Positions 14,080-25,965 of a DNA stretch of 64,000 nucleotides are shown here, in pieces. Position numbers and translations under genes: made by a program. The notes under the pieces are model-generated. The model ran no database searches, was not told where the DNA came from, and worked only from the letters and a program-made list of their open reading frames with translations. How positions within the stretch are numbered: the stretch's first letter is position 1; each line of letters starts with the position of its first letter. Where the stretch lies: positions 41,788,001 to 41,852,000 of the forward strand of contig NC_043003.1 in NCBI RefSeq assembly GCF_006345805.1, read 5' to 3'. The stretch is from Octopus sinensis (Eukaryota).

Positions 14080-14574
14080 TTATGTATGTATTTATGTATG
14101 TAGTATATCTGGATTCGTCTCTGCGTGAATATGCGGCAACGTTACTTTATTTTCCACACCCCAAACAGCATAGTATTAATTTAAGAATATATTAGTTGAC
14201 ATGTATATGATCCATAATCATTCGTAAAAATATTGTTTGTTTGCGTGAAATCTATAGAAGAAACCCATTGTATAAAGTTATATACCTGACAAACTTTCCA
14301 TAATAAACATGATATCACACTTATCTAGAAAACTGATCTATATTACAGACAGACAGTTGTGCAAATGTTTGGGAAATGGAATACACAAAATTATATTTGT
14401 TCACATATTATGAAGTAAAGTATAATTTATATGGCTTCACACACCCTAAATATCCTCTGTTATTTTTAATCCGAAACGATGGTTTGTACAAATCACTAAA
14501 ATAACAGATATATTTGTATGGTATAATATATATATATACACTGTATTTGTAATTGCTTACCATTCCTCCATTTT

Positions 14575-14812
14575 TGTTTTCGTATACATTGGCTAACTTT
14601 TTTCATAGGAATCTAGAGCTTAGATTTTCTTGGGGCTGGCCAGGTTGGAGCAGCTTCGAGTGTAACCGGCCGAAACTGCTAACATGGTACTCAACTGAGG
14701 ATAGGAAGCTCCGAATGGCCCGTCCTTGTTTTTTTCTGTCCTTTTTTGTATCTTCTAACTGTCCGGATGTTTTGTTGTCGCTTGTTGTGTTCTTGTTCTA
14801 TTTTTTGATTTC
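14575..14812 (+). repeat. Dispersed repeat, LTR-like, copy 1 (homologous to 29985-30285 on minus)
   Basis: Both copies share GGAATCTA..GGGCTG.CCAG.TTGGAGCA..CTGA.GATAG..CCCGTCCTTGTTTT. Confidence 0.6.
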
Positions 14813-14813
14813 T

Positions 14814-14845
<32 letters not shown>

Positions 14846-14849
14846 GGTT

Positions 14850-15048
14850 TCAGTAGCGTATAGGTTCCCCACCTGGACGGGACGCCGATCCGTCGCAGGA
14901 TTACTCATTTTTGCCAGCTGAGTGAACTGGAGCAACACGAAATGAAGTATTTTTCTCAGGGACACAACACATCGCCCGGTCCAGGAATCGAAACCACAAT
15001 ATTACGTCTATGAATCCAGCACCTTAATCACTAAGCCACGTGTCTCCA
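14850..15048 (-). mobile_element. tRNA-derived SINE, family C
   Basis: Minus-strand head GGAGACACGTGGCTTAGTGATTAAGG (A box) and GTTTCGATTCC (B box). Similar copies at 30460-30780, 44320-44578 and 47626-47940. Confidence 0.8.
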
Positions 15049-15084
15049 CACACACACACACACATATCTATCTATATATCTATC

Positions 15085-15154
<70 letters not shown>

Positions 15155-15473
15155 ATACATGGGCTATGCGACTTCACCTGAGCGCTGGATTTGAATCCAT
15201 AATGTAGCACCCACGTGAGTTTGGTACGTATTAAAGCTTTTATCCATCCCACTAATAAACTATGGATGAGAAATTAATTTATTTGCTCGAGTATGGATGG
15301 CATTAACTAATAATTCTTTTTGTTTCTATTTATTCTAGTGCCATTATAGGCTTGCCTTTAGATGTAGTTTTTTCGTGGTTTCGGTTTAGCATGTAAGTGC
15401 TCTCAAGGGTTTTCTCTCTGTGTATGAATCTTTATACATTCTTATGTATACATATAATATATATATATAATAT

Positions 15474-15520
<47 letters not shown>

Positions 15521-15805
15521 TATATTATAATAATAATAATAATAATTTGAGGGAATATTATTCCTAATTTACAGGGAAAAATTCAATTTAGATATACTAA
15601 ATTTTCTAGATGGTGTAATTTAATTGTTCATTTTGAATTGATAAAAGGTGTGTTTTTCTAAGTTATATATATATATATATATCACAATCAAGGAACGGCC
15701 ATAATAGGCCATTCACCCACTAGAAATAACAGCCAAAAAGCTTCAACCGCAAAATAACATTAATTCTGTAAACCAGGAGAAAATTAAAAAAACATTTACC
15801 CTGAA

Positions 15806-15912
15806 ATTCCTTATACGATGCACCGTTTCGTCTACTGTTTAATGGTAAGCTAACCTGATTAAATTAAATCAAGCCAATCTACCATAGGCCCTTAGATTCA
15901 TCAGTAAGGAAT
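15806..15912 (-). ncRNA. Type I hammerhead ribozyme, copy 1
   Basis: Reverse complement of the 17061-17167 motif: 8-bp stem I, CUGAUGA, long stem II, GAAAC-GGUGCAUC-GUA. Confidence 0.75.
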
Positions 15913-16296
15913 AGCCAAATCGGAACAGATATTTTTCACGAGGCATTCACGTCCATGCCTCGCCAATATCTGACCTAAAAATTTCAAATCGTCGCACTCG
16001 CGCCAAATTTATCGGCAGCAAATAAATATAAGCCGCCGATTCCATTACGGAACTAACCAGAAAATTCATAATTATCAATATAGGGAGGCAAAAAAATTTT
16101 GTAGAATTCTTTTGCCCCCAGCGGCCTAGTGGGAAAAAATTAAATAGTCATAAACCATTTTTAAGTTCAATATCACAATCAAGGAACGGCCATAATAGGC
16201 CATTCACCCACTAGAAATAACAGCCAAAAAGCTTCAACCGCAAAATAACATTAATTCTGTAAACCAGGAGAAAATTAAAAAAACATTTACCCTGAA

Positions 16297-16403
16297 ATTC
16301 CTTATACGATGCACCGTTTCGTCTACTGTTTAATGGTAAGCTAACCTGATTAAATTAAATCAAGCCAATCTACCATAGGCCCTTAGATTCATCAGTAAGG
16401 AAT
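16297..16403 (-). ncRNA. Type I hammerhead ribozyme, copy 2
   Basis: Same motif, 491 bp from copy 1. Confidence 0.75.
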
Positions 16404-17060
16404 AGCCAAATCGGAACAGATATTTTTCACGAGGCATTCACGTCCATGCCTCGCCAATATCTGACCTAAAAATTTCAAATCGTCGCACTCGCGCCAAATT
16501 TATCGGCAGCAAATAAATATAAGCCGCCGATTCCATTACGGAACTAACCAGAAAATCATAATTAATCAATATAGGGAGGCAAAAAAATTTTGTAGAATTC
16601 TTTTGCCCCCAGCGGCCTAGTGGGAAAAAATTAAATAGTCATAAACCATTTTTAAGTTCAATATCACAATCAAGGACGGCCATATAGGCCATTCACCCAC
16701 TAGAATAACAGCCAAAAAGCTTCAACCGCAAAATAACATTAATTCTGTAAACCAGGAGAAAATTAAAAAAACATTTACCCTGAAATTCCTTATACGATGC
16801 ACCGTTTCGTCTACTGTTTAATGGTAAGCTAACCTGATTAAATTAAATCAAGCCAATCTACCATAGGCCCTTAGATTTTTTTGCCTCCCTATATTGATTA
16901 ATTATGAATTTTCTGGTTAGTTCCGTAATGGAATCGGCGGCTTATATTTATTTGCTGCCGATAAATTTGGCGCGAGTGCGACGATTTGAAAATTTTAGGT
17001 CAGATATTGGCGAGGCATGGACGTGAATGCCTCGTGAAAAATATCTGTTCCGATTTGGCT

Positions 17061-17167
17061 ATTCCTTACTGATGAATCTAAGGGCCTATGGTAGATTGGC
17101 TTGATTTAATTTAATCAGGTTAGCTTACCATTAAACAGTAGACGAAACGGTGCATCGTATAAGGAAT
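17061..17167 (+). ncRNA. Type I hammerhead ribozyme, inverted copy
   Basis: Stem I ATTCCTTA (17061-68) pairs with TAAGGAAT (17160-67). Core CTGATGA at 17069-75. Stem II closed by TCTA/TAGA, with an A-C mismatch at the base. GAAA at 17144-47, stem III C-GG-TGCA-TC-G, triplet GTA at 17157-59. Confidence 0.78.
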
Positions 17168-17389
17168 TTCAGGGTAATGTTTTTTTAATTTTCTCCTGGT
17201 TACAGAATTAATGTTATTTTGCGGTTGAAGCTTTTTGGCTGTTATTTCTAGTGGGTGAATGGCCTATTATGGCCGTTCCTTGATTGTGATATTGAACTTA
17301 AAAATGGTTTATGACTATTTAATTTTTTCCCACTAGGCCGCTGGGGGCAAAAGAATTCTACAAATTTTTTTGCCTCCCTATATTGATTA

Positions 17390-17419
<30 letters not shown>

Positions 17420-17422
<3 letters not shown>

Positions 17423-18010
17423 CGACTGGCTTCTTTCAGTTTCCTCAATGAAATATTCTCACAAGTGCTTGGTCGAACCGAGACTATGGTAAAAGATAAT
17501 ATTTCAAGGTGCCACACAGTCAGAATGAACTCGAAACTATATGTTTACCAAGCAAACTTCATACCGCACAGTTGCGCTTCTCCCTATACCCTCACACTCA
17601 TATACACACATGCGTACATTCATACATATATACATACATATAACACACACACAAATATTATATACATATATATATATGCATGTATGTAATATATCTTTTA
17701 TTTTTCTATTTGTTTCAGTTATTTGACTGCGGACACACTGGAGCAGCGCTAGATTACAGTGATATAAACACACCAGCATCGGGTGTTAAGTGATGGTGAG
17801 GGTACAAACACAGACTCAAAAACATATGTATATACATAGAGATATACATATATACGACGAGCGTCTTTCAGTTTCCGTCTACCAAATCCACTCGCAAGGC
17901 TTTGGTCGACCCAAGGCTATAGTACAAGACACTCTCCCAAGGTGCCATGCAGTGGGACTGAACCCGGGACCATGTAGTTGGTAAGAAAACTACTTGCCAC
18001 GAAGCCACTG
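17420..18010 (-). mobile_element. Two tRNA-derived SINE family A copies (17420-17580 and 17690-18010)
   Basis: Homologous to the complete copy at 28748-29156 (GGGACTGAACCCGG B-box complement; CTTTCAGTTTCCGTCTACCAAATCCACTC). Confidence 0.75.
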
Positions 18011-18011
18011 G

Positions 18012-18047
<36 letters not shown>

Positions 18048-18826
18048 ATATATATGGGGGGGGGGGTATATTTATTTATTTATTCATTTACTGCTTTTAT
18101 TTTTTAAAAAACTGCTTCTCAAACATTGCATTCAGATCCGTGAATACGTTGCTTCATTAAAATCCACATATATCAATAACTTATTCCTCTAGAAATATGG
18201 TTTCTTGTCCACATGCTCTTCCTAATATTGGTTACTGACCAACATTCATGGAAATTTCAAATATTTCACATTCAGGAAGCTATCTGTATTTTGAGAGAGA
18301 CAAGGTTGCTATTTCTAACTATTGAGACAACCAGGCAGATGTTCCTCTATCAGTTTGCATTACGTTACACCATTATAAATTCTGTATTTATTGTAGTCTT
18401 ATTTTCATAACCTTTGTGCTTGTTATTTCGTTCTGCAACAAACACATACAGATATATTTCAGAACGTTAAATTTCAATGATATTTCCCTGGCGTTGCTAA
18501 CCGCCGTTACCATGTAATACACGACTTTCAGAAAATAACTAATTAAAAGAAAAATGTTACTGATGTAGAAGAACAAAACTATAAGAAATAATAAAAAAGC
18601 TTAGAGATGAGTTGTAAATTTAATATTGGTATATTATATATGGAGAAGGAAAAATATATTTAAAATCATTGATTTGTGTATTTAATGTTTAATTTAAGCG
18701 AATAATTGAGTTGATATGAATTTCGGGCACATGCTCTCGCCACATCATATGATGAAAATTGTATACAATAAACGCATGCACATACATACATCTCTCATAC
18801 ATACATACATACAAACATATATATAT

Positions 18827-18869
<43 letters not shown>

Positions 18870-18911
18870 CAAAGCATCTATGTTTGTACGTTTGTATAAA
18901 CAAGTATTTAA

Positions 18912-18976
<65 letters not shown>

Positions 18977-19115
18977 CACATATGATTTCTTACACACATA
19001 TATTCATATATACACTAATACGCTCACACGCACATGCATGGGTGAGTATATATGTGTGAGAATGTGTGAAGTAGATACATGAAGTAAACTCTTGTTTTCA
19101 TATTTCATAAGAGGT

Positions 19116-19117
<2 letters not shown>

Positions 19118-19173
<56 letters not shown>

Positions 19174-19260
19174 TTGTTGTTGTGTTTTTGTTGTTTTTAT
19201 TGCTGCTGTTGTCATTTCTGTTGTCGTTATTGCTGTTGTTGTTGCTGTTGTGTTGGCGTT
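19118..19260. repeat. (TAA)n then degenerate (GTT)n
   Basis: Read directly. Confidence 0.9.
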
Positions 19261-19819
19261 AGTGGTTGCGGCGGTGTCCTTTTTATTGTTGTTGATGCTG
19301 TTTCTGTATGATTGAACAATTCAATTAATTTCATCCGTGTGAACGACAACATAGCAGAAGTTAGTGAGAAAACAGATAGAGATATACGAATGACATGGAG
19401 ATGGAGAAATGGTGGCGGTAGCAGGGAAGGGAGGGGGCAAAAAGATGAAAAGAGAGAGAGACAGAGAGACAGAGAGAGAAAATATTTGTGTGTGTATGTG
19501 CATGTGCGTGACAGCGAGGGGTTGGTAATAGAAGGAGGAAAGGAATAATAGATTTGGAGTGGAATGATGATGGTGGAGTAGGTGAGAAGAAATTTAGAAA
19601 TGTCGAAATGTAGAAAAACATTTGCAAAATATTTTAGAATTCTTAATTTAACAACCTATTCTATATTATGTCTGCTGTTGTTGACTTCCAAGATTCTAAT
19701 GTTGTTTGCAAACTTCTCCCTTCTTGTATATATCCTTTTTGTCAGTCTTATCATCGCACAACTTGTCAATTATTGCTATTATTTTTTTCCCTAAAATATA
19801 ATTCTAATTAATTTTACTA

Positions 19820-19825
19820 TTATTA

Positions 19826-19913
<88 letters not shown>

Positions 19914-19922
19914 CATTATTAT
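19820..19922. repeat. (ATT)n microsatellite
   Basis: Read directly. It explains the poly-Ile ORF 19791..19985. Confidence 0.95.
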
Positions 19923-20430
19923 TCGTGGCTTGTAAATATCTCTCAAGTCTCTTTTCCCTTTCTTACTAGACAAACATGCATACAAATGTTAGAGACTAAC
20001 AGTTTATATGTGATACCACCCCAATAATATTTGAAAGCTCTAGTATTGTTGTTTTTCCAGAACGTAGGCAAAGATTACCTATATCTTTGGAGTTAATCTT
20101 TACGAATTGACTTTCTATCTTTCTAATTTTAGCATTAATACTTTGGTTGATAAACGCAATCCTAAACTGCCAATACTTTTCAATGTTACACTTTAGTCGG
20201 TGTACTTCACTGTCATTTGAACTCGACTCTTTACTACACTATCATCTTCTGCTACTGGGAAAAGGCTAAATTTTACACTATAGTTCTAAAATTAAGTCAA
20301 GTATATCAAGTGAGATAAAGTGGTAAAAATTCTCCAAATTCAACTATGATCTGGAGAAAGAAGTTCTGTTTCCCACTTTTTGCAAATAACAACTGGCACA
20401 TCTTGAAATCATCACACGCCAGGACACGTA

Positions 20431-20812
20431 GTTAGTTTATGTTAAGATAAGTTAAGTTAATTTTTTGGCTCAAAAACCAAAAAGCAAGGCCATGTAGGGG
20501 GACATGGAGTTATGTACAGGGAGGGTGTTCATGCAAAGAGTTCAGGCCATTTCTGGTCAAGAGAGATTTTGAACCGAGCGGTCGTCAGCATCTTCACTAT
20601 CTTGTCCGGCAGCTTATTCGACGGATCCGCAACCCGGACGGAGAAAGCCCTTCTCCTTCGATTGAGATGAAATCGTCGCAGATAGAGTTTTTCGGAGTGA
20701 CCCCGCAGCCGACGCTCTGGAGCATGAGTGAAGAACAGTTCTTTCGAGAGGTTACACTTTCCGCTTATGATGATGTGAGCGAGAATGAGATCACCACGGT
20801 GTCGTCGTTTAA
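20431..20812 (-). mobile_element. CR1/L2-clade LINE 3' fragment
   Basis: 20810->20529 translates without a stop as KRRHRGDLIL..FF..RLRGHSEKL..RAFSVRV..NKLP..FKISLD..*, a CR1-type ORF2 C-terminus. A short 3' UTR and a (CTTAA)-like tail follow. Confidence 0.85.
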
Positions 20813-20829
20813 TACTCAGTAATCATAAG

Positions 20830-21050
20830 GCGGCAAGCTGTTGGCAGAAACGTTAGCACGCTGGACGAAACGCTTAGCAGTATTTCGTCTGTCTTTACGT
20901 TCTGAGTTCAAATTCTGCCAAGGCCGACTTTGTCTATCATCCTTTCGTTATCGATTAATTAAGTACCAGTTGCGTCCTGGGGTCGATGTAATCGACTGGC
21001 CCCTCCCACAAAATTTTGGGCCTTGCGCCTAGAGCAGAAAAGAATACTCT
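20830..21050 (+). mobile_element. tRNA-derived SINE, family B
   Basis: TGGCAGAAACGTTAG (A box), GAGTTCAAATT (B box) and central CATCCTTTCG..ATTAAGTACCAGTTG. Other copies at 6165-6262, 8430-8560, 39655-40040, 45315-45510 and 55595-55720. Confidence 0.8.
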
Positions 21051-21529
21051 ATAATTATAATTGTAGAAAAATAGCAAAACATTTAATTTCAAACTGCTGA
21101 AAAATTTACGCAAAAAGTTATACAGATATCTCACATGTACCATGCTGAAGAATGATAAATGCAAGATCAAAAATTAAGCCAGAGGGACGGGCGAGGGACG
21201 ATACCGTTGTGCATATGTGACGAGTTACGGTGGGGAATTGCCATTCTGATAGTAGCGGAAATGCCATTCTGAGTTGCAATATTGTTCTCTGCTGTTGCTG
21301 ATGCGGTTATTGTTTTTGGTTATTCCTGTTGCTGAAGCTCCTTTTCTATTGCTTGCTGTTATCGTTGTTGTTGTTGTTGGTGGTGGTGGTGGTGCTTCCG
21401 ATATTGTTATGGCTGCAACTGCAGCACCAACTGTTGTGATTAGTGCCGTTGGCGATATTCTTCTCCTTGCAGTTTGTGCATCTAGCAACAGTGCAAACCT
21501 TCTCTCTTGTGTACCTTGCTGGGGAAAGC

Positions 21530-21733
<204 letters not shown>

Positions 21734-22659
21734 AACAAACATTGCAAGTGACTGTGGAGAAAAGTATTTCTCAGGCTTCAGCAATGAATGTACGCAATAA
21801 ATATAACTTCTAAAACAATAATGAAAGGAGAACCAGTCTTAAAAATATATGACTTGCTCTGCTACAGCTTCATTCATTGTCCACTGATATCGATTCAATA
21901 ACAACTAAGAAAACACCAGAATACTTCTTTCCAAAATCAATGATATGAAATAAGACCTGCAAAACCAGAACAAAATGTTTATTATAAAAATGTGCGAAAA
22001 AACATAACGTCAAAAACTTCACATTGCCAGAAATGAACAAACCCATACCCATAAAAGTAGGCAGACTCCAAATAAATTCCTAGACGTTATATTTCATACA
22101 CTAAAGAAGCCGACGTAATAAAAAAAAAAGCAGCTTTTCTCCAGTTTTAATGCAATTCGGAAGATTTTACGAGTGATTTGGATTGAAGAAAACAAACTAG
22201 CACAATGCTAAATCACATTCAAAGTAGTTGATTCTTTTTTTATGCTGGGGAACATATGAGTAAGAAAAGTACCATCACGGCCAAACCAAAAGTATTTAAA
22301 TCAATAATTGCAACTGAGGAATGCTCGTATAAAAAATATCGTTACAAGAAATATTCTATATAAGCCGTCAGAAAAGTGAAAGTGCGAAAAGTTTGCCTAA
22401 ACTAGCTGAGTTTCTTTTACTTTCCGTTTATTGGTTTATTCAGTGGAAGCAACATTCGACCACAATACTTAGTAGTGTATCGTCATATTTTGACAAACAG
22501 GTCTAGTTCGCAACGTAAACGAATCAGCATTATATGTCTTGTTGTCAAATGATGGCAGACTAATAGGCAGAACGACAGACAGACAGACACTTGTATGGGT
22601 ATAAATATAAATGTATGTGTGTGCATGTGTGTGTACAGATAAATAGATAGATAGTGATA

Positions 22660-22688
22660 GACAAACAGATAGACAGACACATAGATAT

Positions 22689-22762
<74 letters not shown>

Positions 22763-22844
22763 GATAGATAGATAGATAGACATATAGACAGATAGATAGA
22801 TACATAGATGGATAGATATATAGATACAAACATAGAAACATATA

Positions 22845-22882
<38 letters not shown>
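22660..22882. repeat. (GATA)n/(TA)n microsatellite
   Basis: Read directly. It abuts the 3' end of the CR1. Confidence 0.95.
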
Positions 22883-22885
<3 letters not shown>

Positions 22886-22963
22886 CTTAGAATAACTTAG
22901 AAAGGTTTTGGCCAGTATTGGCCATGTCTAACTTAATAGCACCACCTGGCGAAGTCTTTCAGT

Positions 22964-25900
22964 TCAGGATGTGGGCACCAAGGCCCATTCGAGCAGAGAG
23001 TTATTGTTTGCGGAGACATATCCGGGTGTGGGTGGTTTGTCCGGTACTGTTTGAACGAATTTGTCCAAAGACTTCTTGAATTTTGTGTGGTCAGTTTCTT
23101 TTTTGACGTGCCCTGGTGTAATGTTGAAGAGAGCAGGTCCAATTGAGGTGAAATAGTTGTGCCGTATTGTCGTTATGTGATGCGATTTAGATTTTTGTTG
23201 TGGACGGATGGCACGTGGTCCAAGCCTTGGATGCATTTTGAAGGTGATGCCAACATCATTCGGACAGTGCTGGTGGAATATTTTCCACATCATACAGATA
23301 ATGTAGCGTTCACGGCGTCGTTGGAGTGAATACAATTTCAGCTTCTCTAGTCTACCCCAGTAGTCAAGGTCTGACATGCCATCTATCTTTTTGTGATTGA
23401 CCTTGGGGAGCTTCAATTCTCATAATATTTTGTTTTGTGTAGGGAGACCACAGTGGACAGCAGTATTCAAGGTGGGGTCGGGCAAAAGTGGAGAAGAGAA
23501 GGATAATAGCGTGGGAATCTCTCGACTGGAAGGCTCTGAGAATCCAGGAACACATTCTGCGGGCCATGTCAACTTTGCTGCTTATATGTGTAGCCCAGCT
23601 TATGTTGTTGTCCACTGTTACTCCCAGGTCTCTGATGTTGTTGGATGCCATGAGAATTTCTCCAGAAGGAAGTGAGTATGGGAGTTTCAGAGCGTCTTCC
23701 CTTCCAAAGTGGATCAGTTCAAATTTGTCTTCATTTAGCAACATGTTATTCTTTTCCGCCCATTGGACAACAGCCAGTAGGTCTGACTGAAGGTTTATTC
23801 GGTCATCCACGCCATTGATGACCTTCTGGAGCTTGGAATCATCAGCGAAGGTTCTGATGTTACTGTGTTTGATGGTGTCAGTAATATCATTTATGTAGAT
23901 GATGAAGAGAAGTGGGCCCAACACAGTGCCTTGTGGGACACCACTGCTGACTTTGGCTGGGCTGGATTTGACTCCTTCGACTACAACATGTTGGGTTCTG
24001 TTAGACAGGAAGCACTTGATCCACTGCAGTAGCTTTCCAGTGACACCAATATTGGACAGCTTTCTCAGAAGGATCTTATGATCAACCCTGTCAAAGGCCT
24101 TGCTGAAATCAAGGTAGATGACATCAGTGTTGGAACCTTCTCCCAAGGCTCTCAAAATGTCATCAAAATGATGCAGTAGCTGCGTCAGGCAATCTCTCCC
24201 ATTACAGAATCCATGCTGGTTGGGGTTCAGCATATTATGACTCTCAAGGAAGTGAGTCATACGCGATCTCAGCACCCTCTAAAATACCTTGAGGATATGA
24301 GAGGTGAGTGAGATTGGACGGTAATTCACGGCAAGCGATTTGTTTCCTTTTTTGAAAACTGGGACAACAGACTGGGATAGAAGGTCTTCTGGTATATATC
24401 CAGCATCCAGTGAGTTCCGCCACAGATTGGCTAGAGGGGGCGCAAGTTGGTTTTGACACATCTTCAAGACACAAGCAGGGAACCTATCGGGACCTACTGC
24501 TGAATTATGCTTCATTTCCTTTATTGCTGCTAAGACATCAGGAGCGCCAAATGTTATGTCCGATAAAATGTATTGGTGAGTAACATCATTGATACAGCCC
24601 AGATCAGTCATATCAGGATTGCTGAAAACAGAGCAATATTGTTTCTGCAATATCTCTCCCATAGTTTTGGCATTGTCTTGAAGAGTACCATTTTCATCAA
24701 TCAGAGGGCCAACAGTAGAACCAGTGACTCTGTGTCTTTTTGCAAATGAAAAGAACACTTTGGGATTGAGTTTGATCTTCTCAATGGCCCAGGCCTCTTC
24801 AGCTCTTCGCTGACTATTGATGATAGACATCATGTTGTTTTGGAGTTTATGTTTTTTAATCTCTAGCGACGAGATGGCAGTCAGGTTGGTGTGTTGCTGT
24901 TGACAGTATTTCAGCATGCTGATCTTTTTGTTGATTCTTTTAATTTTCCTTATGAGAGATTTTCTATTTCTAGGGATTCGACACTTAGATTTGTTTGCAG
25001 ATCTTAATGGGGTGTGCCTTGCACATATGTTCGTGATGGTGTCTACAAGTGACTGCCAGGACTTTTTGATGTTAGTGGGTGTGTATGTGTGCGTGAAGGA
25101 CCAATCGACTTGTGCAAGATCATTATTGATCGCTTCCCAGTTTGCATTGTGGAAATCCATAGTGTCAAATGGATGAACAGGAGGGTTGACATTTGTTTTG
25201 CATTTTGGCCAGTGAAATCTCAGATCACAGAGAACCATGTCATGGTCGGAGAGTAGGGTTTTCTCCACTGCAATATTGTGGATAGTATCAGTGTGATTGC
25301 TGAAAATTAAGTCTAAGACGTTTTTGTGACATCTCGTTGGTTCGAGTACCAGTTGGGACAAGAAGAAGTCATCCATGAAGTCAAGAAGCGATTCCACTGC
25401 CTCCCTGTCAGGGGTTGAGAGAGAAGAACCTGGCGGCAGACTGTTTGTAGACCAGTCAACCCCGGGAAGGTTGAAGTCTCCCATCATTAAAATGTTGTCA
25501 GGTTGACACTGCTGAATGAAACACTTTATGCTGTTCAGGCGTTACTTGAAGCATGGTAGGGGCGTTTGGGGTGGTCTGTAGAGCCCAACTACTGTTAAGT
25601 TGTTGGTTTGACTGAATACAGAGACTGCTTCGCAGTATCCATTGGAAAATATGTTCATGGCTTCTGTTGAAAATGAATCATGGACATAAATGGCAGTCCC
25701 ACCCTTTCTTCTGCCAGCACGATCAGCACGAATGGTTTTGAAATTTTTAACTTTCACCTCGGCTTCCAAGATGGGTTTCAGTGAGGACGAAGAAAGGGAT
25801 GTGGTTTGGATGGGCCTCGACCCAGTCCTCCAGGAATCTTATCTTCCATTTTTGTGTATTGGTGGAAGGGCTGATGCCTTGGGCATTAAGCAGAAATGTT

Positions 25901-25965
25901 GAGGCGAAAGTGGATCGTTTTAATTGTTTTGGTGATTTGTTTATTTGATTGCTTTTTAATGGCAT
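22964..25965 (-). pseudogene. LINE ORF2: APE endonuclease + reverse transcriptase, about 1000 codons, disrupted
   Basis: APE motifs LNAQGI, LTETHL, YRPP, GDFNLP, LDLIFSN and SDH. RT motifs YRPISLTS, YLDFSKAFDRVDH, GVPQGTVLGPLLF and FADD. In-frame stops at 25542-44 and 24279-81; frameshifts near 25765 and 23400. Confidence 0.95.

Larger units (their letters stand above)
15679..17391. repeat. 491-bp hammerhead-containing tandem repeat (about 2.4 copies) plus one inverted copy; retrozyme-like or Penelope pLTR-derived
   Basis: The unit start ATCACAATCAAGG recurs at 15681, 16172 and 16663 (period 491). The reverse-complement copy at 16878-17391 has about 26 bp terminal redundancy. (TA)n flanks both ends and there is no meaningful ORF. 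Confidence 0.95.

Noticed and set aside
15679-17391. CRISPR-like or rRNA/tRNA interpretation of the tandem repeat
   Set aside because: Units are contiguous 491-bp copies without unique spacers. The context is eukaryotic, and no rRNA or tRNA motifs were seen.
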